DNA of 32,648 nt, taken from positions 1-32,648 of the forward strand of contig JARKSN010000227.1 of NCBI GenBank assembly GCA_029974275.1. The letters run 5' to 3'. A program made the position numbers and the translations under genes. Origin of the DNA: Candidatus Hydrogenedentota bacterium (GTDB lineage Bacteria; Hydrogenedentota; Hydrogenedentia; Hydrogenedentales; SLHB01). Positions 26,334-32,648 of the stretch are shown here, in pieces. Below the pieces are notes generated by a model, which made no database searches, was not told the DNA's origin, and worked only from the letters and a program-made list of their open reading frames with translations. Numbering within the stretch: position 1 is the stretch's first letter; each line of letters opens with the position of its first letter.

Positions 26334-26477
26334 GTCGCATCTCCTGTTCTGCATGCGCGTCTTTGGCGAATCGGCGCTTGCCGGTCTCGCGAAAGCCCGC
26401 GACGCTTGATTTGTCACGATGCATGTAGTGTAATCGTCCCGTGCGTTCATGACAACCCGAAACGCGGAGATTATGAC

Positions 26478-27422
26478 ATGATTCAGAAGCGGACCGTTGG
26501 CATCCTGGGCGCCGGCAAGGTCGGCATGGCGGCGGCCTACGGCATGTTCAACGCCGACACCGTCAGCGAGATGATTCTGGTCGATAAGGACGAGCAGCGC
26601 GCCGAAGGCGAGGCGATGGATCTTATGCATGGCGCTTCCCTTGCAGAGCCCGTCACCGTGCGGTCGGGCTCATTCGCTTCTCTGGGGTCTTCGCAACTGG
26701 TGGTGGTGTCGGCAGGGACGGGACGCAAGCCGGGCGAAACGCGCCTCGATCTCCTGAATCGGAACGTCGCCATTTTTCGCGAGATCGTCGCGGAACTCGA
26801 TCGGCACGCCCCCAATGCCATATTGGTGGTGGCCACCAATCCCGTTGACATCATCACGCATGTCATCCAGCAGCTCAGTCAGCGTCCTCGGTCTCGGGTC
26901 ATCGGCACCGGCACGATGCTGGACACGTCGCGCTTCAGGGCTTTGCTGGGGCAGCACTACGGCGTGGATCCTCGATCGGTGCATGCCTACATTCTCGGGG
27001 AACACGGCGATTCGGAGGTTCCGATCTGGAGCAACGCCTCGATCGGCGGTTTGCGGCTGCGGGAACGGCCTGTTCTTGGAAAGTCTTTTGACGAGGGAGC
27101 GATGAACGCCTTGTTTGAGCGCGTTCGGTTCGCCGGACGGGAAGTGATAGCGCGCAAGGGTTTCACCAGTTCGGCGATTGGCATCGTCATCCAGCATCTT
27201 TGCGAGACGATCCTCGATGATCAGCGAACGGTTTTGACCGTCAGCGTGCCGTTCGAGGGCGAATACGGCATCGAGGGCGTTTGCATGAGTCTTCCCTGTG
27301 TTGTCGGCCAGAACGGCATCGAGGGCCGCATTGTCGCCACGTTGAGCGACGAAGAGACGGTCGCGATGCGTCATTCCGCGAGCGTGATCAAGGAAAGCAT
27401 GCAGGGAATTTCTCTCGCGTAA
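26478..27422 (+). CDS. LDH/MDH-family 2-hydroxyacid dehydrogenase; LDH scaffold with Arg at specificity position 102
   Basis: GAGKVG, AEGEAMDLMH, AGTGRKPGETRLDL, GTMLDTSRFR, GEHGDSE, KGFTSSAI; ATG 26478 with GGAG SD. Confidence 0.9.
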   Translation: MIQKRTVGILGAGKVGMAAAYGMFNADTVSEMILVDKDEQRAEGEAMDLMHGASLAEPVTVRSGSFASLGSSQLVVVSAGTGRKPGETRLDLLNRNVAIFREIVAELDRHAPNAILVVATNPVDIITHVIQQLSQRPRSRVIGTGTMLDTSRFRALLGQHYGVDPRSVHAYILGEHGDSEVPIWSNASIGGLRLRERPVLGKSFDEGAMNALFERVRFAGREVIARKGFTSSAIGIVIQHLCETILDDQRTVLTVSVPFEGEYGIEGVCMSLPCVVGQNGIEGRIVATLSDEETVAMRHSASVIKESMQGISLA

Positions 27423-27532
27423 CGGCCGGTTTTCGCGCGCTGCGTGCGAAATGCCGATGACTCATCGCAGCGGCAAGCGCGCATGTCCAGAAGCGAATAG
27501 CGTGTATCTGAAACTTCCGAAAGGAAAGCGTT

Positions 27533-30127
27533 ATGTCCGAAATACACGACGGTCCTCGCTCGCCTTTGTTCACGCCACTCCCGCTAACGGGAACCTGCAC
27601 GGTGAAGACGCTTGCCCGGAAGGGAACCTCCGATGCTATGTGCAACAATGCTGCGCACGCGCCCAACGGTCCCTGCACCGCTTGGGGCGTGCCCTTCGAC
27701 ATCACCCGCGTCATTCTTGCCGTCGACAGGCCCATCACAGAGACGTGGCGCGGGTTCAAGGCGCCGTGGCTGGTGTTCATGCACACAACCGACTTCGTGT
27801 CTCCCGAACGAAACAAGGACGGGTTCGTCTCGCCGACGCGCGGGGTGGGACGGTTGAACGAATGCGTCGCGGACTACGTCTTCATGTATGCCGACGGGAC
27901 CGAGGTAGCCGTGCCCATCCTTCAGCGACGCCAAATTGGGATGCTGCAACGCGTGTGTTGGGGCGAGGTTTGTTTTGAGGCGGTCGGCCCCCAAAAGCCG
28001 CACCCCGTACGGTCGTTGACGGACCAGCCCGGATCGCAATTCTCCTGGGGGCAGTCACAGCAGCGCGTGGTGCAGGCGGATTGGGCGCCCTGGGTGAACT
28101 GGTTGTGGGCGTGGGAAAACCCGCACCCGAGCAAGCCCATCGTTGGGTTACGTGTCGAACCGTATGCGCCGGTGGTGATCTCGGCGGTAACGGCGGGCAA
28201 GGTCGCCTCGATGCCTTTGCGCTGGGAAACGAGGAAGAAAGCCGTTTGGCATTTGCCCAAGGGCGAATCGTTCGATCCGACGCTGTCGCCGCAAGGCGTG
28301 CTGAAGCAAATCCGGCTCGACCTCGGACAAGTCATATCCGTCATGCCGAAGTTCGACTATCCAAACGATCGTTGGAGCGATACCTACAACAACAAGACGC
28401 CCGAGGTGCGTCCGAATGAGTTCATCGTTGAGTACACGGCGCACCCCGAGGCGCGTTTTCATTTCGCGGACGGCTCCACCGTTCCTGCAAGCGCACTGGG
28501 CAGACGCAAGGCGCTCGTGCCGTTGGCCCCCGCGACACAACGCGTTCGCCTGCGAGTCGTCGAGAAGGGGAGCGCAAAGCTGGTCGCTGTGAAGCTGCAC
28601 GTCCACGGCGAAGCAGGTGAATATCTTGCGCCGGTCGATCGACACCGCATGCCGAATCCACAGTGGTTTGAAGACTATAGTGTCGACTTTCTAAACGAGC
28701 GTAAGCATTTCTGTACCTATATCCCTGGCGAGACGGTTATTGATCTGCCATTGGGTACGGTGTATGTCGAGATCAGCAAGGGACTTGAGATCAAGCCGAT
28801 CCGCAAGGCCGTCAAGGTCACCGCCGCTACAAAAGACGTCACCTTCACGCTGGAACGCGTACTGCCTTGGCGCGAGCGCGGCTGGGTGACGGCGGACACG
28901 CACGTCCATTTCCTATCGCCGCCGACCGCAGAACTCGAAGGCGCAGGCGAGGGCATCAACGTCGTCAACCTGTTGGCAAGCCAGTGGGGCGAGTTGATGA
29001 CCAACGTCGGCGACTTCGACGGCAAGACCACCTTTGGTTCGAAAGAAGCGGGCGGAGAGGGCGAGTATTTGGTGCGCGTCGGCTCGGAGAACCGCCAGCA
29101 CACGCTCGGCCACATCTCGCTGGTCGGCTATAACGGCCCCCTCATTGCGCCGATGTGCAGCGGCGGGCCCGACGAAGCCGCGCTCGGCGATCCGGTCGCG
29201 ATTTTGTTGACGGAATGGGCCCAGCAATGCCGCAAGCAAGGCGGCGTCGTCGTCATTCCGCATTTCCCGAATCCGCGCGCCGAACACGCGGCCACGATCA
29301 TTACCGGCAATGCCGACGCTATCGAGATGGCTTCGTGGGGCTGGCACTACGGCGGCATCGATCCGTATTCGCTGTCCGACTGGTATCGTTATCTCAACTG
29401 CGGCCACTTTATCCCCGCCGTCGCGGGCACGGACAAGATGAGTGCCGACACGAGCGTTGGCACGGTGCGCACGTACGCCAAACTTCCGCAGGGTCGCGAG
29501 TTCACCTACGATGCATGGAAGGACGCCGTGCGTTCCGGCAACACCTTCGTGACCTACGGGCCGCTTGTGGAATTTTCGGTCGAAGGCAAACCCGCCGGCT
29601 CGCGCATCGCCATGTCCCATAGCGGCGGCACCGTGGATGTCGAATGGAACGTGGCCAGCGTGACCGTGCCCATGTCGCGCGTCGAACTGGTCGTGAACGG
29701 CGAAATCCGCGAGAGCAAACGCATCAAGCCCAAACAAGACGCCGGACATTGGCGCGTGAAAATCGACAAGAGTTCGTGGCTGGCGCTGCTTGTGCGCGGG
29801 CACTATCCGGACAAGCACGAGATCGTCGCCGCGCACACGTCACCGGTGGCCGTTCCGGTCGAGGGGTCGACCTTCTTCGCTGCTGCGGACGCGCTGACCA
29901 TTCTCGAACAGATCGAGGGCGCTATCGCGTATTTCGACACGATGGCTACGCGCGCCGACGATGCCGCGCGCAAGCGGATGCGGCTCGTGCTGACCGGCGC
30001 CTATCGCGCCTTGCACAATCGTTTGCACCAAGACGGCCACGACCACGGCCATACCCACACCACCGATCACCCGGAGCATCACGCGAAAAACAAGCGGCAT
30101 GCCCCCGGAAACTCTCGGCGTTCTTGA
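27533..30127 (+). CDS. CehA/McbA-like (PHP-fold) metallohydrolase with His-rich tail
   Basis: GWVTADTHVH, ENRQHTLGH, PHFP, WYRYLNCG..P..AGTD, GNTFVTYGP, AHTSPV. Confidence 0.75.
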   Translation: MSEIHDGPRSPLFTPLPLTGTCTVKTLARKGTSDAMCNNAAHAPNGPCTAWGVPFDITRVILAVDRPITETWRGFKAPWLVFMHTTDFVSPERNKDGFVSPTRGVGRLNECVADYVFMYADGTEVAVPILQRRQIGMLQRVCWGEVCFEAVGPQKPHPVRSLTDQPGSQFSWGQSQQRVVQADWAPWVNWLWAWENPHPSKPIVGLRVEPYAPVVISAVTAGKVASMPLRWETRKKAVWHLPKGESFDPTLSPQGVLKQIRLDLGQVISVMPKFDYPNDRWSDTYNNKTPEVRPNEFIVEYTAHPEARFHFADGSTVPASALGRRKALVPLAPATQRVRLRVVEKGSAKLVAVKLHVHGEAGEYLAPVDRHRMPNPQWFEDYSVDFLNERKHFCTYIPGETVIDLPLGTVYVEISKGLEIKPIRKAVKVTAATKDVTFTLERVLPWRERGWVTADTHVHFLSPPTAELEGAGEGINVVNLLASQWGELMTNVGDFDGKTTFGSKEAGGEGEYLVRVGSENRQHTLGHISLVGYNGPLIAPMCSGGPDEAALGDPVAILLTEWAQQCRKQGGVVVIPHFPNPRAEHAATIITGNADAIEMASWGWHYGGIDPYSLSDWYRYLNCGHFIPAVAGTDKMSADTSVGTVRTYAKLPQGREFTYDAWKDAVRSGNTFVTYGPLVEFSVEGKPAGSRIAMSHSGGTVDVEWNVASVTVPMSRVELVVNGEIRESKRIKPKQDAGHWRVKIDKSSWLALLVRGHYPDKHEIVAAHTSPVAVPVEGSTFFAAADALTILEQIEGAIAYFDTMATRADDAARKRMRLVLTGAYRALHNRLHQDGHDHGHTHTTDHPEHHAKNKRHAPGNSRRS

Positions 30128-30152
30128 CGCATGGGACAACGTATGCTACCTT
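30124..30152 (+). promoter_or_regulatory. Putative sigma70 promoter for the RidA/TPR-peptidase genes
   Basis: TTGACG-N17-TACCTT with TGn extension. Confidence 0.5.
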
Positions 30153-30209
30153 TTGGGCGCGTGTAACACCGTCTTGGGACGACGCCGCAAACGCGTCGTG
30201 GAGGATAGC

Positions 30210-30593
30210 GTGAACAAGACCTGTATTGAGGCAAAAGATGCTCCGCCTGCGGTCGGCCCCTATTCTCATGCCGTGTCGGCGGGCGGGTTCCTTTATGTTT
30301 CGGGCATGGGCCCCTTCACCCGAGAGGGAAACGCGCTTGAAGGCTCTTTCGAAGAGTGCGTCCGGCTGACATTCGAAAACCTCAAGGCCGTGCTCGCCGC
30401 GGCAGGAGCCGATTTGAATCATGTAGTCAAAACGACCGTCTATCTCGTCGACATGAACGACTTCCCTGAACTGAATCGAGTGTACGCGGAATGTTTTTTG
30501 GCGGATTTTCCCGCGCGCACCACGTTACAGGCGGCGCGACTTCCCAAAGGGATTCCTGTGGAGATAGACGCCATCGCCATCGTGCAATCATGA
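30210..30593 (+). CDS. ridA: RidA/YjgF family enamine/imine deaminase
   Basis: APPAVGPYSHAV, VVKTTVYL, FPART (catalytic Arg), LPKGIPVEIDAIA; GTG 30210 with GGAGG SD. Confidence 0.9.
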   Translation: MNKTCIEAKDAPPAVGPYSHAVSAGGFLYVSGMGPFTREGNALEGSFEECVRLTFENLKAVLAAAGADLNHVVKTTVYLVDMNDFPELNRVYAECFLADFPARTTLQAARLPKGIPVEIDAIAIVQS

Positions 30594-30619
30594 TGCCGTC
30601 TGTTGGTCTGGAGGATGCC

Positions 30620-31882
30620 ATGCGCAGAGCCTGCGGCGTGTTGTGCGTATTGCTGGCCGTTGTCGCGGCGGCGACCGCCTCGGCGCAACCCACGGCAAGC
30701 GAATTCAACGCCGCCGGCGTCGAACAATACAACGCGAAGCAGTACGTCTCGGCAATCGCATCCTTCAAAAAGGCGTACGATCTGGCTCCGGACAATGCCA
30801 CCGTGAAGCGCAACCTTTCGAACGCATATCAGGCTCAAGCCAACGAGTCGGCAAAGAACAACGATTTGGACGCTGCCATTGAGACGCTTGGGCTGGCCAT
30901 CGGCGTCGATCCGGGAAACGCGTTGCCGTTGACGCAGCTCGGATTTTACTGCCTGCGCAAGGACCTTGTGGCCGATGCCGCCTTCCGGCTCGAAGAGGCC
31001 GTGGAACTCGATCCGCAGAGCATCGACGCGCGGGAACTTCTGGGCGAAGCATACTTCCGGCAGAACGACTTGGCTTCGGCGCTGGCGCAGTGGGAATGGG
31101 TGCTGGAAGTTCAGCCCAACCGTCCAGGCCTTCGCCAGAAATTCGAGAACGCCCTTCGCCAAGAAGCCGTCGAAGGAAACTTCGGAAAGTCGGGTTCGCG
31201 TCATTTCCAAGTGAGTTATGCCCCCGGCACGCGCGGCGGCGACCTTAGCAGGCTCCTCATGATCCTCGAACGCGCCCGTTGGGAGATAGGGCGCAAATTC
31301 GGCGGGGCCTATCCCCCGGCTCCGATACAGGTCATCGTGTACACCGCCGATCAGTTCGCCCAGGCAAACCAGGTTGACGAGCACGTCGGAGCCTTGTACG
31401 ACGGGAAAATACGCGTTCCCCTCAAGGACAAGGCGGGCGCGGTGATCAGTCCGAACGAACTGCAACGCCGGTTATATCACGAGTACACGCATGCCGTCGT
31501 TCGCTTCGTAGCCAAGGACAATGTGCCGTGGTGGTTGAACGAGGGATTGGCGGAGACGTTTTCCAACGATCTCAGCAGCGCCGATGTCGCCGTTCTCCAG
31601 GAAGCCAACCGCCGTGGACAGCTGCATCCGCTGCATCGTTTGGAGGAGGGCCAACTCGGCAAGCTCGACGCCAGCGCGCTCGGTTTGGCGTATCTACAGG
31701 CCCACGCCTGCGTCAACTATCTCTGGAACAAATTCGGTCAACTCCCCTTGCAGCGCATGATGACGGAACTGGCCTCGGGCGTCGCGCCTGAACAGGCCCT
31801 CGTCGAAAATTACCGCCGCAATTACCGGACCTTGGAGCTTGAAGTCGCGGCCAATACGGGACGTTCCGGATCTGGCTCATGA
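30620..31882 (+). CDS. Secreted TPR protein with gluzincin (peptidase MA-like) domain
   Basis: Signal peptide, TPR repeats, HEYTH...PWWLNEGLAE; ATG 30620 with GGAGG SD. Confidence 0.88.
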   Translation: MRRACGVLCVLLAVVAAATASAQPTASEFNAAGVEQYNAKQYVSAIASFKKAYDLAPDNATVKRNLSNAYQAQANESAKNNDLDAAIETLGLAIGVDPGNALPLTQLGFYCLRKDLVADAAFRLEEAVELDPQSIDARELLGEAYFRQNDLASALAQWEWVLEVQPNRPGLRQKFENALRQEAVEGNFGKSGSRHFQVSYAPGTRGGDLSRLLMILERARWEIGRKFGGAYPPAPIQVIVYTADQFAQANQVDEHVGALYDGKIRVPLKDKAGAVISPNELQRRLYHEYTHAVVRFVAKDNVPWWLNEGLAETFSNDLSSADVAVLQEANRRGQLHPLHRLEEGQLGKLDASALGLAYLQAHACVNYLWNKFGQLPLQRMMTELASGVAPEQALVENYRRNYRTLELEVAANTGRSGSGS

Positions 31883-31939
31883 TCCGGCGGCGTTCCCTTG
31901 CTCTTTTCCAGGCTCCGCAATTTTCTCCACACGGTTTTG

Positions 31940-31980
31940 TTGACAAGGACAACGCGGATTTGCTATATAAGGCGTCCGCC
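31940..31980 (+). promoter_or_regulatory. sigma70 promoter of the tRNA-tuf operon
   Basis: TTGACA (31940-31945), TGcTATATA (31961-31969), GC-rich discriminator GGCGTCCGCC. Confidence 0.6.
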
Positions 31981-32016
31981 GCCCGATGGGGCGGTGCTTG
32001 ATTTTTGAGACCTTTT

Positions 32017-32092
32017 GCTGGCGTAGCTCAGCTGGTAGAGCAGCTGACTTGTAATCAGCAGGTCGGGGGTTCGATTCCCTTCGCCAGCTCCA
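32017..32092 (+). tRNA. tRNA-Thr(UGU)
   Basis: Cloverleaf; anticodon arm GCTGA-CTTGTAA-TCAGC; GGTTCGATTCC; CCA encoded. Confidence 0.97.
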
Positions 32093-32134
32093 GGCATGGC
32101 GGCGCGTCAGCCAAAGGGGTGGCGTTTTCGTTGT

Positions 32135-32217
32135 GGTGGGATGTCCGAGTGGCTAAAGGAGACGGGCTGTAAACCCGTTGGCTAGCGCCTACGTAGGTTC
32201 GAATCCTACTCCCACCA
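32135..32217 (+). tRNA. tRNA-Tyr(GUA)
   Basis: GGTGGGA/TCCCACC acceptor stem; ACGGG-CTGTAAA-CCCGT; long variable arm; CCA not encoded. Confidence 0.97.
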
Positions 32218-32234
32218 TTTTTCTTTCGATATCG

Positions 32235-32311
32235 GCGGGAATAGCTCAGTTGGCTAGAGCGTCAGCCTTCCAAGCTGAGGGTCGCGGGTTCGAATCCCGT
32301 TTCCCGCTCCA
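32235..32311 (+). tRNA. tRNA-Gly(UCC)
   Basis: TCAGC-CTTCCAA-GCTGA anticodon arm; CCA encoded. Confidence 0.97.
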
Positions 32312-32328
32312 TAATGCCTGTATCCCGG

Positions 32329-32404
32329 GCCCGCGTAGCTCAGTCGGTAGAGCACCACCATGGTAAGGTGGGGGTCATCAGTTCGATTCTGATCGCGGGC
32401 TCCA
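32329..32404 (+). tRNA. tRNA-Thr(GGU)
   Basis: CCACC-ATGGTAA-GGTGG anticodon arm; CCA encoded. Confidence 0.97.
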
Positions 32405-32507
32405 TGTGCGTAACGTTGGCGACGGAAGCGGGCCACGGGCGGCGCGGCAAAAAGCGTTCCGCCGCCGAACGCGCTCGTCCCATCCTGGTTAAGGAGGCAT
32501 GCAGACG

Positions 32508-32648
32508 ATGGCTAAGGAAAAGTTTGAGCGGACCAAGCCGCACGTGAACATTGGCACGATCGGACACGTTGATCACGGCAAGACGACGTTGACGAGCGCG
32601 ATCACGCGCGTGTTGGCCGAACAGGGCCGGGCCAAGGTGATGGCGTAT
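32508..32648 (+). CDS. tuf: Elongation factor Tu (5' part, runs off window)
   Basis: [38 protein letters not shown]; classic Thr-Tyr-Gly-Thr-tufB arrangement. Confidence 0.98.
   Translation, partial: MAKEKFERTKPHVNIGTIGHVDHGKTTLTSAITRVLAEQGRAKVMAY

Noticed and set aside
26334..26630. 99-aa N-terminal extension of FadN shown in the ORF track
   Set aside because: Overlaps the divergent LDH-like gene; the true start is ATG 26333 with an AGGAG SD.
31883..32507. Prophage or island attachment site at the tRNA cluster; CRISPR or IS elements anywhere in the window
   Set aside because: No integrase or transposase, no duplicated tRNA 3' end, and no regularly spaced repeats were seen.

Overview
GC-rich bacterial chromosomal window; the dockerin-tailed secreted proteins and gene repertoire suggest an uncultured lineage such as Hydrogenedentota (inference only). 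In order: two divergent paralogous secreted SGNH/GDSL hydrolases, an ankyrin protein, a protein with two degenerate HATPase-like domains, a pilMNOPQ operon with a near-consensus sigma70 promoter, and an unannotated 6S-like RNA on the minus strand just upstream of it. Next come a hypothetical gene, a trans-polyprenyl synthase, and a GH42-like/GT2/radical-SAM/GT-C cluster. The following ~600 bp 'empty' region holds two tandem small transcription units, each with a sigma28 (FliA/SigD)-type promoter and an intrinsic terminator; the second carries two CsrA-type ANGGA hairpins. Then mdh, a 3xBON protein, an MBL-fold hydrolase, a FadN-type beta-oxidation enzyme, an LDH-scaffold enzyme with the malate-type Arg102, a CehA/McbA-like metallohydrolase, a RidA-family gene, a TPR-zinc peptidase, and the classic tRNA Thr-Tyr-Gly-Thr cluster before tuf. 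No mobile elements or CRISPR seen. The most novel-looking element is the pair of sigma28-driven candidate sRNAs at 20516-20925.
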